A DNA stretch of 64,000 bases. It comes from Nannocystis sp. GTDB lineage: Bacteria > Myxococcota_A > Polyangia > Nannocystales > Nannocystaceae. Below are positions 45,586-54,510 of the stretch, one piece after another. Every line of letters begins with the position of its first letter. Positions within the stretch are counted from its first letter, which is position 1. A program made the translations under genes and the position numbers. The notes beneath the pieces were generated by a model, which did no database searches, was not told where the DNA came from, and saw only the letters and a program-made list of their open reading frames with translations. The stretch is from NCBI RefSeq assembly GCF_016717175.1, contig NZ_JADKFZ010000004.1, one strand, 5' to 3'.

Positions 45586-46848
45586 GTGAGAAGCCCGCAG
45601 GACCTGCCCGTCACCGTCGAGGCCGCCGCCGCCGTGTTGTCGCGGGTGGCGATCCCGGACGCGCTGCTCGAGGTGGCGCAGATCCTCCACGACGCCGGGC
45701 ACGAGGCGGTGCTGGTCGGCGGGGCCGTGCGTGACGCGTTGCTCGGGCGCACGCACGGCGACTGGGACCTGGCCGCGAGCGCCACGCCGGCCGAGGTGCA
45801 GGCGTTGTTTCGCCGGACGATCCCCACCGGCATCGAACACGGCACCGTCACTGTCGTGCACGGCCGCGGCGACCTGCGCCTGCACATCGAGATCACGACC
45901 TTCCGCGGCGAGGGCAGCTACGAGGACGGCAGGCGCCCGAGCGAGGTCCGCTTCCTGCGCGCGCTGGCCGACGACCTGGCCCGCCGCGACTTCACGATCA
46001 ACGCCTTCGCCTGGAACCCGATCACGCGGGTGTTCACCGACTGCTTCGCCGGCCTCGCCGACCTGCGCCGCGGGCTGCTGCGTGCGGTCGGCGATCCGGC
46101 GGCCCGCTTCGGCGAGGACGGCCTGCGGGCGATGCGGGCGGTGCGGCTGTGCGCGACCCTCGAGATGCGCCTCGAGGAGGGCACGGCTGCGGCGATCGGC
46201 GGGGCGCTCGAGATCCTCGACCGGGTCAGCCGCGAGCGGGTGCACGTCGAGCTGTTCAAGCTGCTGGCCGCGCGCCGGCCCTCGCTGGGCCTCGAGCCGA
46301 TGTACGAGACCGGCATCTGGCCGCGCGTGCTCGGGCCGGTGTCGCGGGTCGAGGCCGACGCTGCGATCTCGGCGATCGAGCTGATGCGGCCCGACCCGGT
46401 GGTCCGCCTGGCGCGGCTGCTGTGGCCGCTGCGCGAGGAGCGGGGGCAGATCGAGGCGATCGTCGACGGGCTCAAGCCGAGCCGCGACGAGCGGGCGCGG
46501 CTGCTCTCGCTGACCGACCCGGCGATCGCGCCGCTCGGCCGCCTGCGCGACCCGCTGGCGATCCGGCGGCTCGCCGCGGCGCTCGGCCGGCGTCACCTCG
46601 CCGACGCCACCGACCTGCTGGCGCGCGAGTGGGCCCAGCTGGTCACGATCGAGGAGGCGGTCCGCGGCGCGGCGCTGGCGGTCGGCGAGCTGGCGATCGG
46701 CGGCAAGGAGCTGGTCGCGGCCGGCATCGCCGCGCCGGGGCCCGGGCTCGGCCAGCTGCTCGCGGCGCTGCTCGACTGGGTGCTCGAGGAGCCGGCGCGC
46801 AACACCGCGGACCTGCTGCTGGCTCGGGCCCGCGCGCTCGCGGCGTGA
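45586..46848 (+). CDS. cca: CCA-adding tRNA nucleotidyltransferase (Pol-beta superfamily)
   Basis: VLVGGAVRDALLGRTHGDWDLA (GG..RD..DxD), RRDFTINA, and the C-terminal tRNA-binding HD-less body. GTG start. Confidence 0.8.
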   Translation: MRSPQDLPVTVEAAAAVLSRVAIPDALLEVAQILHDAGHEAVLVGGAVRDALLGRTHGDWDLAASATPAEVQALFRRTIPTGIEHGTVTVVHGRGDLRLHIEITTFRGEGSYEDGRRPSEVRFLRALADDLARRDFTINAFAWNPITRVFTDCFAGLADLRRGLLRAVGDPAARFGEDGLRAMRAVRLCATLEMRLEEGTAAAIGGALEILDRVSRERVHVELFKLLAARRPSLGLEPMYETGIWPRVLGPVSRVEADAAISAIELMRPDPVVRLARLLWPLREERGQIEAIVDGLKPSRDERARLLSLTDPAIAPLGRLRDPLAIRRLAAALGRRHLADATDLLAREWAQLVTIEEAVRGAALAVGELAIGGKELVAAGIAAPGPGLGQLLAALLDWVLEEPARNTADLLLARARALAA

Positions 46849-46849
46849 C

Positions 46850-47000
46850 AGTCGACGAGCGCTGCTGCGAGGTGTCCCCAAGGCCCGCGTGCGAGCGGCG
46901 GCATTCGACCCTCGACGCTCGCTGCTGCGAGGTGTGCCCGGGGTGTGCGCTCGCGGCGTGACATGTCGGTTGGGACATGTCCGCCGGGACATGGCCTTCG
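46850..47000. repeat. convergent intergenic repeat cluster: two ~26-nt direct repeats (GCTGCTGCGAGGTGTSCCC) plus three GACATGTC / GGGACATGTCC palindromes
   Basis: Direct reading between cca (+) and the ACS-like gene (-). It is REP-like in organisation. Confidence 0.7.
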
Positions 47001-47011
47001 GCGCAGGCGTG

Positions 47012-48757
47012 TCAGCTGCCCTCGAGGTGGGCGCGCTGGACGATGCGGGCGTCGAGGGTGAGGTAGCCGCGCGGCGGGCCGATCAGGCGCAGGGGGCTGA
47101 GTTCGACGCTGATCAGGCGGCCGGATGTCCCCGGGGACAGGTCGCGGTCGAAGTGCTGGACGAGGGCGTCGAGGCGCAGCAGCAGCGCGGCGAGCTCGGC
47201 GACGCCGGGGTCGCTGGCGCGGCGCAGGGCGGGCACGCGGGCGAGCACGGCGTGGGCGAGCAGGCGGGCGTCGGCGGGGGCGAGCGGGGCGAGGGCGAAG
47301 CAGGGCTCGGCCGGCGGCGACAGGCCGAGGGCGCGGCCGAAGATCGCCATCTCGCCGGTGTGCAGGCGGATCGCGCCGCAGTGCAGCTCGAGGCCCTCGG
47401 GGGCCTGCTCGGCGACCAGCACGCCGTCGAGGTGGGCGGTCGGCGCGTGGGTCTCGACGTTGTGGACGATCGTCGCGTAGGCGCGGCGGACCGCGGCGCT
47501 GGTGGTGAGGCCGAGGACCACCGCGCCGAGCTCCTGCTTGCGCCGCAGGTCGGGGCTGACGGCCTTGAGCACGACGGGGTAGCCGATCGTGTCGGCGTAC
47601 TGGGCCGCGCCGCTGGCCGAGCTGGCGACCGCCTGGCGCGTGATCTCGACGCCGAAGCCGCGGAGCACGACCTTGCTCTCGTGCTCCGAGAGCACCTGAC
47701 CGGCGCCGCGCAGGACCTCCTCGGCGCGGGCGATCGCGGCGGGGTCCTGCTGCGGGGCTGCGAGCTCGGGCGCGGCGGCCAGGAGGGCGCGGGTCTGCCG
47801 GCGCCGCAGCAGCGCGGCCTGGGCGAGGAAGGCGGCCGTCGGCGCGGCGAGGCCTGGGCCTGGCAGCGGCGCCTCCATGCCGACGGCGGCGCCGAGGGTC
47901 GGCAGGGCGCGGCGGGCCTGGGCCCAGCGGGCGAGCAGGCCCGGATCGTGGCTGTCCTCGGGGACAGGTGCAGGCGGCGCACACAGCAGGGCCAGCAGCT
48001 GCGGGCTCGGGAACAGCGGGCCGGTGAAGCGCTCGAGCGCGTGGGCGGCGACGGCGGCGGCGAGGCTGGGGTCGCGGGGGAGGTCGAGGCGGGCCGGCGG
48101 GAGCCCGAGCGGGACGATCGCGTGCTCGGCCGCGTCGCCGGCCGCGCGGGCCCAGCGGGCCCAGCCCGGGTGCAGGCTGGCCGCGGCGACGAAGCCGAGC
48201 GCGCGGGTGCCCGCGAGCTGCGGGTCGGCGAGCCACAGCGGCCACCACGGCGGGGTCGGGCAGGCGGCCAGGCGCACGCCCGCGGGCAAGGCTGGCGCTT
48301 GGGACAGGTGATCTGTCCGCGGGGACAGGTCGGTGGAGGCTGGCGCTTGGGACAGGTGGCTGGACAGGTCGGAGGCGGAGGCGAGGGCGGCGAGCAGGGC
48401 GGCGAGCTCTGCGGGGGCTGTGGCGCAGGCGACGGTGTCGCCGGTGGGGCCGATCTGCAGGCGGGCGTCGGGGCCGAGGAGCAGGGTGTCGGGGAGGGCG
48501 GGGAGCGAGCCGGGCTCGGCGGGGCCGGTGACGACCAGGAGGGCAGGGGGGCGCTCGCGGAGGGCGCGGAGCAGGGCGGGGCCGAGGCTGTGGACGACGA
48601 CGACGAGGGCGCCGTGGTCGCGCACGCGGCGGGCGAGCTCCGCGTCGCGCAGCAGCTCGCCGGGCAGGCGCACGTGCGGGGCGGCGGCCTCGGCGATGAG
48701 CGTCGCCGTCGCGGCGGGCGCGAGCAGGGCCTGGAGCGCTGTCGCCGGCGGCGTCAC
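47012..48757 (-). CDS. acetate--CoA ligase (ADP-forming) family protein (CoA-binding flavodoxin-like N-domain + ATP-grasp)
   Basis: C-terminal ATP-grasp_5-like region GYPVVLKAVSPDLRRKQELGAVVLGL. An internal linker (DLSSHLSQAPASTDLSPRTDHLSQAPA) is encoded by tandem copies of the GGGACAGG repeat. Confidence 0.65.
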   Translation of the reverse strand: MTPPATALQALLAPAATATLIAEAAAPHVRLPGELLRDAELARRVRDHGALVVVVHSLGPALLRALRERPPALLVVTGPAEPGSLPALPDTLLLGPDARLQIGPTGDTVACATAPAELAALLAALASASDLSSHLSQAPASTDLSPRTDHLSQAPALPAGVRLAACPTPPWWPLWLADPQLAGTRALGFVAAASLHPGWARWARAAGDAAEHAIVPLGLPPARLDLPRDPSLAAAVAAHALERFTGPLFPSPQLLALLCAPPAPVPEDSHDPGLLARWAQARRALPTLGAAVGMEAPLPGPGLAAPTAAFLAQAALLRRRQTRALLAAAPELAAPQQDPAAIARAEEVLRGAGQVLSEHESKVVLRGFGVEITRQAVASSASGAAQYADTIGYPVVLKAVSPDLRRKQELGAVVLGLTTSAAVRRAYATIVHNVETHAPTAHLDGVLVAEQAPEGLELHCGAIRLHTGEMAIFGRALGLSPPAEPCFALAPLAPADARLLAHAVLARVPALRRASDPGVAELAALLLRLDALVQHFDRDLSPGTSGRLISVELSPLRLIGPPRGYLTLDARIVQRAHLEGS

Positions 48758-48769
48758 TCCTCAGCCCCT

Positions 48770-49582
48770 CTAGGCCAGGACGGGCTTCCACAGGTCGCTG
48801 TGGAGCTGCTTGATCGCCTCGGGCCAGGGGCCGGGGACGACCCAGTCGGCGGCCGACCAGCTGGCGTTGAACTGGCCGTCGGCGCCGGGGAAGTACATCA
48901 CGCGCGCCCCGGGGCCGCGCTGGCGCAGCACCTCCGGCAACCCGCTGGCCGCGTTGCTGAGCCACAGCAAGGTGCCGCTGTCGTGGTGCTCGAGGTACTC
49001 GGCGGGGGCCTGGCGCGCGCCGAGCGAGCCGAGCTGGGCGCGGGTGCTGGCGTCGAGGTCGTGGCTGGCGAAGAAGCGGAGCGGGCCGCGGCCGGCGTGG
49101 CCGTCGAGGCGGGCGACCCAGTCCGGGAGGTCGACGAGGCTGGCCTCGTTGTCGTACTCGGCGTCGATGATCGAGGGCAGCTCGTACCAGGGCAGGGTGC
49201 CGGCGACGATCGAGGTGACGGCGGCGAGGTTGTCCCACTCGATCGCGGGGTCCTGCAGCCAGGTGGTCTCGGTGGGGCCGCCCGCGAGGCCCTCGGCGGC
49301 GGCCAGGCCCTCCTCGGTGTGCGGCACGAACACGACCAGCGGCCGCAGGCGCTCCTGCAGCGGGCGCATGCCGGCGGGGCCGCAGAAGGTCAGGAGGTCG
49401 GCGCCGTAGCGGCTGACCGCGCCGATGACGAACTGGTCCGCGCGACCGGCGTCGCCCGGGCAGACGGCGGTGATCGAGGCGCCGCGATCGCTGGCGATGT
49501 CGCGGGCCAGACACAGCGCGGCGGCGCTGCCGGGGTGGATCCCCTGAGGAGTTCGCTGCGCGTAGACCAGGATGTGAGCCAT
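48770..49582 (-). CDS. hypothetical protein (alpha/beta Rossmann-like)
   Basis: 270-aa non-repetitive ORF, co-oriented with and 10 nt upstream of the ACS-like gene. No confident family assignment from sequence alone. Confidence 0.45.
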   Translation of the reverse strand: MAHILVYAQRTPQGIHPGSAAALCLARDIASDRGASITAVCPGDAGRADQFVIGAVSRYGADLLTFCGPAGMRPLQERLRPLVVFVPHTEEGLAAAEGLAGGPTETTWLQDPAIEWDNLAAVTSIVAGTLPWYELPSIIDAEYDNEASLVDLPDWVARLDGHAGRGPLRFFASHDLDASTRAQLGSLGARQAPAEYLEHHDSGTLLWLSNAASGLPEVLRQRGPGARVMYFPGADGQFNASWSAADWVVPGPWPEAIKQLHSDLWKPVLA

Positions 49583-50094
49583 TACTCTAGACCGTGTTTG
49601 CGCTTGATGAGCTCGAGCTGCCGGGCGTACTCGATCTCGAAGGTGCTGGTGTTCTCGCTGAGGTGCTTGAGGTGGCGGCGGACCTCGCGGTCGATGTCGT
49701 CGTCGGCCTGCATGTGCCTGCGCAGCAGCTCCTTGAGCTTCTTGCGGATCGCGGTGTCCTCCGCATAGACCTCGCTGACGAAGCTCGAGCGCATGAACAG
49801 CTCGAGGAGCTGGCTGCAGATCCAGGTGACCGACTCGTCGCCGATGCCGAAGTCCTGCTCCTCGGCGATCGTGCGCTTGGTCTTGAACAGATCGGAGTAG
49901 GGCAGGTGGCGCCGCTCGAGCTCGTCCTTGGCCCGGTTGGTGATCTCGCGGTCCTTGCGGAGGTACTCCTTGAGGATCGACTCCACGTCGCGCTTGAACT
50001 CGTCGCGGTCGCTGACCTCGAGGTCCCCGGAGTCCACGAGTGTCTTGTTCACGGCTTCGACGATGGTGTTGATCTTCGCTGGAAAGAGGCGCAT
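49582..50094 (-). CDS. DUF507-family protein
   Basis: MRLFPAKINTIVEAVNKTLVDSGDLEVSDRDEFKRDVESILKEYL... is a charged helical protein with comparatively AT-richer codon usage. An alternative start is at 50160. Confidence 0.55.
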   Translation of the reverse strand: MRLFPAKINTIVEAVNKTLVDSGDLEVSDRDEFKRDVESILKEYLRKDREITNRAKDELERRHLPYSDLFKTKRTIAEEQDFGIGDESVTWICSQLLELFMRSSFVSEVYAEDTAIRKKLKELLRRHMQADDDIDREVRRHLKHLSENTSTFEIEYARQLELIKRKHGLE

Positions 50095-50158
50095 GGGGAT
50101 GGCCCGCAGGATAGGCGCTGCTTTTCCGAGCGTCCAGCTTGGGCTACTGAGCTCCGAC

Positions 50159-50656
50159 ATGCCCACGCTCCCCTCCCAGCCCCGCCTCGTCGTCGTCGCC
50201 GGGCTCGTCTGGATCGGCCCCGGTCGGCTGCTCGTGCAGCGTCGGCCCGCGAGCGCCAGCCACGGCGCCGGCCGCCTGGAACTCCCCGGCGGAAAGGTGG
50301 AACACGGCGAGGCGCCGCGCGCCGCATTGACCCGCGAACTCACGGAAGAGTGGGGCCCGGACGCCCGCCTCCTCACGCCGCTCGCTGTCGCCGAGGTGCT
50401 CCACCACGTGTATCCGCCGCCAGGCCCGGAGGTCCTGCTTGTGGTCTATCACGTCGACGCGTCGGCGTGGGGCGAGCGCTGGCCGAGCCTCGTGCGCGCC
50501 GCCGACGGAGCCAGCGTCCACGCCTTCGATCGCACGGCGCTGCCGCTCGCCGAGTTTCTCGCGGCGGATCGTGGTTTCCTGGCCGAGCTGGCCGCGGGCA
50601 AGCACACGCCGGCGTTCGTGGCCGGAGCCGAAAAACCGAGGCAGACGGGCCCCTAG
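50159..50656 (+). CDS. NUDIX hydrolase (MutT-like)
   Basis: Nudix box GGKVEHGEAPRAALTRELTEEWG. It is divergent from the DUF507 gene. Confidence 0.75.
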   Translation: MPTLPSQPRLVVVAGLVWIGPGRLLVQRRPASASHGAGRLELPGGKVEHGEAPRAALTRELTEEWGPDARLLTPLAVAEVLHHVYPPPGPEVLLVVYHVDASAWGERWPSLVRAADGASVHAFDRTALPLAEFLAADRGFLAELAAGKHTPAFVAGAEKPRQTGP

Positions 50657-50775
50657 ACGCCTGGAGATCGGTCCCGCGCGGGTCCGGCGGCGGCGAGGCG
50701 AGACGCCGCGCGCTCACCGCGAGCGCCGCGGTCGCGCGAGGGCGCGCCCGTGCGAGGCCCGCGGGCGCGCCTGGC

Positions 50776-51315
50776 TCAAGGGACAGCCTGGTAGGTGGCG
50801 ACCAGGACGATGAAGCCGAGCAGCAGCGGGAGGTAGATGGCGAGGTAGATCCGGCCGAATCTCTTGCGGTCCCCGCGGAGCTTGTCGGCGGTCCGACGCA
50901 CCAGATCGTCGGCGTCGATCGTGGCGACCAGGCGCCCGCGCTCGGGCTCAGCGATGCCGAGGTCCTGAAGCAGCGGCGCGAGCAGCTGCTCACGCATGCG
51001 ATCGAGGGCGGCGATGCTGGCCCGGCGCAGCGGTCCGTCGGCGCCGTGCAGGTTGCGGACCAGCAGCGGCGGGTCGTAGTAGTTGAAGGCGACCAGGCTC
51101 GAGAGGCCGGTGGCGATCGCGGCGAGGTTGACGGTGATGTAGAAGGGGGCGTCCTTGCCCTCGATGATGAGGATCTCGAGGTACCAGGCGGCGAAGGCCA
51201 GCCCGCCCAGGCGTGCGCCCAGGATCCACGCTCGCCGACGCCGCAGCTCGCGGCGCTGGGCGGCGATCAGGGCGCTGACTTCGGGCTCCGGGATCGTGGA
51301 TGGCGCTTCGGACAT
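50776..51315 (-). CDS. hypothetical membrane protein
   Basis: MSEAPSTIPEPEVSALIAAQRRELRRRRAWILGARLGGLAFAAWYLEIL... with 2-3 TM helices. Three 15-nt tandem repeats sit immediately upstream of the ATG. Confidence 0.5.
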   Translation of the reverse strand: MSEAPSTIPEPEVSALIAAQRRELRRRRAWILGARLGGLAFAAWYLEILIIEGKDAPFYITVNLAAIATGLSSLVAFNYYDPPLLVRNLHGADGPLRRASIAALDRMREQLLAPLLQDLGIAEPERGRLVATIDADDLVRRTADKLRGDRKRFGRIYLAIYLPLLLGFIVLVATYQAVP

Positions 51316-51362
51316 GGTGGAAAGGACAGGGTGGAAAGGACAGGGTGGAAAGGACAGGCCGG
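51316..51362. repeat. tandem repeat 3 x GGTGGAAAGGACAGG (sense strand CCTGTCCTTTCCACC) immediately 5' of a start codon
   Basis: Direct reading: ggtggaaaggacagggtggaaaggacagggtggaaaggacagg. It is intergenic, between the glk stop and the membrane-protein start. Confidence 0.9.
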
Positions 51363-51365
51363 CGA

Positions 51366-52343
51366 TCACGTGATCAGGCCGGCGGCCGCGAGCGCGGCGC
51401 CTCGCAGGCCGACCTCGGGGTCGAGCACGAGGGCGACGGGGATCCGGTGCAGCAGGCCCGACATACGGCCCTTGGCGAGGAAGCCGGCGAGGAAGCCGGC
51501 GCGCAGGCGCGGGCGCAGGCGCAGGCTGACACCGCCGGCGAGGTAGAGGCCGCCGCCCGGCAAGGTCTTGAGCGCGAGGTTGCCGGCCTCGGCGCCGTAG
51601 AGGCCGGCGAAGAGGTCGACGGCGCGGGCGCAGGCCGGGTCGTCGCCGCCGACGCCGAGCGTGCCGATGACGGCGGCGGGGTCGCCCTGGGCCATGTGCT
51701 CGCGCGTCGCGGGCAGCTCGGGGGCGTGGCCGCGGGCGATCAGAAATTCGTAGAGGGCGACCAGACCGGGGCCGGACAGGACGCGCTCATAGGAGACGTG
51801 GGCGTGGCGGGCGAGGAGGTGGCGCAGGAGGTCGATCTCGAGGTCGTCGCGCGGGGCGAGGTCGGCGTGGCCGCCCTCGCCGCTGATGATGCGGGCGCCG
51901 CCCGGGCCGGGGACGAGGATCGCCTCGCCGAGGCCAGTGCCAGCGCCGAGGACGGCGACGACGCCGTGGGGGTCGCGCTCGCCGGGCTGGAACCAGTCGA
52001 GCTGATCGTCGGCGAGCGTGCCGACGCCGAGAGCGACGCCGTGAAAGTCGTTGATGAGGGCGACAGGCAGGCCGAGCGCGCGCGAGAGGTCGTCGGCGTC
52101 GAGCTGCCACCCGAGGTTGGTGAGCTCGCAACGCGTGGCGAGCACCGGGCCGGCGACCGCGAACACGGCGGCGCGCACCGACTCACGCCCGGCGCTGAGA
52201 AAGTCACGCACGATCGGCAGGAGGCCGGGACCCTGGCTCGGGTAGCGGGCGGCGCGGAGCATGGTCGGCGGTTGGCCGCGCTGCTGCGCGTAGATCGCGA
52301 GCGATGTCTTGGTGCCGCCGATGTCCCCGGCCAAAACCTGCAT
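51366..52343 (-). CDS. glk: glucokinase
   Basis: MQVLAGDIGGTKTSLAIY is the Glk N-terminal ATP-binding motif, and GVALGVG...GTGLGEAI is also present. The start is approximate (±1 nt). Confidence 0.8.
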   Translation of the reverse strand: MQVLAGDIGGTKTSLAIYAQQRGQPPTMLRAARYPSQGPGLLPIVRDFLSAGRESVRAAVFAVAGPVLATRCELTNLGWQLDADDLSRALGLPVALINDFHGVALGVGTLADDQLDWFQPGERDPHGVVAVLGAGTGLGEAILVPGPGGARIISGEGGHADLAPRDDLEIDLLRHLLARHAHVSYERVLSGPGLVALYEFLIARGHAPELPATREHMAQGDPAAVIGTLGVGGDDPACARAVDLFAGLYGAEAGNLALKTLPGGGLYLAGGVSLRLRPRLRAGFLAGFLAKGRMSGLLHRIPVALVLDPEVGLRGAALAAAGLIT

Positions 52344-52463
52344 GCGGGTGCTTACATCGATCTCGGGCGAGGGGGCAAGGCATCGCCGGTGCGGAGGCCC
52401 GATCGCCACACTGGCGCCGCAGGTTGTTCGCGGATACCTCTTCGCGTGACCGAGAGTTGTGTG

Positions 52464-53534
52464 TCAGGCGAGCCCGGGGCCCGCGACTGGCAGCATGCGG
52501 CGCCCGTGCGGCGCCGTCTCGCGGATCAGGGCCGCCGCGCTGCGGACCCACGCGGGGTGCGCGTTGAGGCTCGGCACCAGGCGCAGCGCCTCGCCGCCGG
52601 CCGCCTTGAAGTCGGCCTCGGCGCGGATGCCGATCTCCTCGAGGGTCTCCAGGCAGTCGGCCACGAAGGCCGGGCAGAACACGGCCACGCGCTTGACCCC
52701 GCGGCGCGCCAGCTCGGGCAGCACGATGTCCGTGTAGGGACGGATCCACACCGCACGACCGAGCCGCGACTGGAAGCTCAGCGAGGTGCTCGCTGGATCG
52801 AGGCCGAGGCGGGCCGTGAGCGCCGCCGCGGTCGCGTGGCACTGCGCGCGGTAGCAGTGGCGGTTGGCGGCGACGATCTGCGCGCAGCAGTCGTCGCGGC
52901 GCAGGCAGTGCTGGCCCGACACGTCGCTCTTGTGCATGTGCCGCTCGGGCAGGCCGTGGAAGCTGTAGAGCACGTGATCGGGGCGCAGCTCCGCGAGCAC
53001 CGGGGCGCCGACCTCGGCGAAGGCGTTGATGAAGCCGGGGTCGTCGTAGAAGGGCGGCACGACGCTGAGGTAGGGCGTGTTCCACAGCCCGGCGGCCTCG
53101 CGATACACCGCCTCCACCGTCGAGCCGGTCGAGCTCGCGGCGTACTGCGGATACAACGGAAACACGACGATGCGATCGCAGCCGCGGTCACGCAGCGCGG
53201 TGAGGCCGGCGCGGATCGACGGGTTGCCGTAGCGCATCGCCAGCTCGACCTGCAGGTCCGGCAGCGCGGCGCGGACCTGCTCGCACAGCGCCCGGCTGTG
53301 CGAGAGCAGCGGCGAACCATCGGGGCCCCAGATCTTGCGGTAGGCCTCGGCCGAGCGCGCCGGGCGTCTGGGCAGGATGATGAGGTTCAGCAGCAGCCAG
53401 CGGCCGATCGCCGAGATGTCGAGCACGCGTGGGTCCGACAGGAACTCACGCAGGTAGCGGCGCACCTCCGGCGCCTGCGGGGCGTCGGGGGTGCCGAGGT
53501 TGACGAGGAGGACGCCGACAGTCGAGCTGGGCAT
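52464..53534 (-). CDS. hemH: ferrochelatase
   Basis: VGVLLVNLGTPDAPQAPEVRRYLREFLSDPRV, MRYGNPSI, and a conserved His/Glu region. Confidence 0.85.
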   Translation of the reverse strand: MPSSTVGVLLVNLGTPDAPQAPEVRRYLREFLSDPRVLDISAIGRWLLLNLIILPRRPARSAEAYRKIWGPDGSPLLSHSRALCEQVRAALPDLQVELAMRYGNPSIRAGLTALRDRGCDRIVVFPLYPQYAASSTGSTVEAVYREAAGLWNTPYLSVVPPFYDDPGFINAFAEVGAPVLAELRPDHVLYSFHGLPERHMHKSDVSGQHCLRRDDCCAQIVAANRHCYRAQCHATAAALTARLGLDPASTSLSFQSRLGRAVWIRPYTDIVLPELARRGVKRVAVFCPAFVADCLETLEEIGIRAEADFKAAGGEALRLVPSLNAHPAWVRSAAALIRETAPHGRRMLPVAGPGLA

Positions 53535-53590
53535 GGCGAGGCGCGCCATGGTGGACCTGCGCGGCCGGCCCTGCAACCATCGCGCGCGGC

Positions 53591-54364
53591 TTGACCGCGG
53601 CCCGCGCGGCCTGCCACCGTGCGCGCGTGGCGGACCTGATCCCGCTCGCCCCTGGCGACGTGCACGTGTGGCTGACGACCCCGGAGTCGATCACCGACCC
53701 GGCGCTGCTCGCAAGCTACGCCGGGTGGATGAACGCCGACGAGACGGCCCGTCACGCCCGCTTCCTGTTCGACCGGCACCGCCACCAGTTCCTGGTCGCC
53801 CGCGCCCTCGTGCGCAGCACCCTGTCCCGCTACGCCGCCGTCGAGCGCCCCGACTGGCGCTTCGTCAAGAACCAGTGGGGCCGCCCGGACATCGACCCGG
53901 AGCACGGCCTCGGCGACCTGCGCTTCAACCTCTCGCACACCGACGGCCTGGTCGCGGTGGCGGTCGCCCGCGGCCCCGAGCTCGGCGTCGACGTCGAGGA
54001 CACCTGGCGTCGCTCGCACACCGACCAGATCGCCGAGCACTTCTTCGCCCCGGCCGAGGTCCAGGCCCTGCGCGCGCTGCCTGCAGATCGCCAGCACGGC
54101 CGCTTCTTCGAGCTGTGGACGCTCAAGGAGGCGTACATCAAGGCCCGCGGCATGGGCCTGGCGATCTCGCTGCACGCCTTCGCCTACGCGCTCGACGACG
54201 CCGCGATCGGCCTGACGATCGACCCCAGCCTCGGCGACGACGCGAGCGGCTGGCAGCTGTTCCTGCACGCGCCGACGGAGCGCCACAAGCTCGCGCTCGC
54301 GGTGCGCGACCCCGGTGGTACGCCGGCGCAGCTGCAGATGCGCTGGGTCGTGCCCGGGCCCTGA
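53591..54364 (+). CDS. 4'-phosphopantetheinyl transferase, Sfp type
   Basis: FNLSHTDGLVAVAV, GVDVE and WTLKEAYIKARG are Sfp/PptT motifs. The start may be the GTG at ~53633. Confidence 0.8.
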   Translation: MTAARAACHRARVADLIPLAPGDVHVWLTTPESITDPALLASYAGWMNADETARHARFLFDRHRHQFLVARALVRSTLSRYAAVERPDWRFVKNQWGRPDIDPEHGLGDLRFNLSHTDGLVAVAVARGPELGVDVEDTWRRSHTDQIAEHFFAPAEVQALRALPADRQHGRFFELWTLKEAYIKARGMGLAISLHAFAYALDDAAIGLTIDPSLGDDASGWQLFLHAPTERHKLALAVRDPGGTPAQLQMRWVVPGP

Positions 54365-54510
54365 GCGACTCGCCGGCCAGCGCCGCGGCGATCGCCGCGA
54401 CCAGAGCGGAGCGACTCGCCGGCCAGCGCCGCGGCGATCGCCGCGACGAGAGCGGAGCGACTCGCCGGCCAGCGCCGCGGCGATCGCTGTGGCCAGGCGC
54501 CGGGCCTGAG

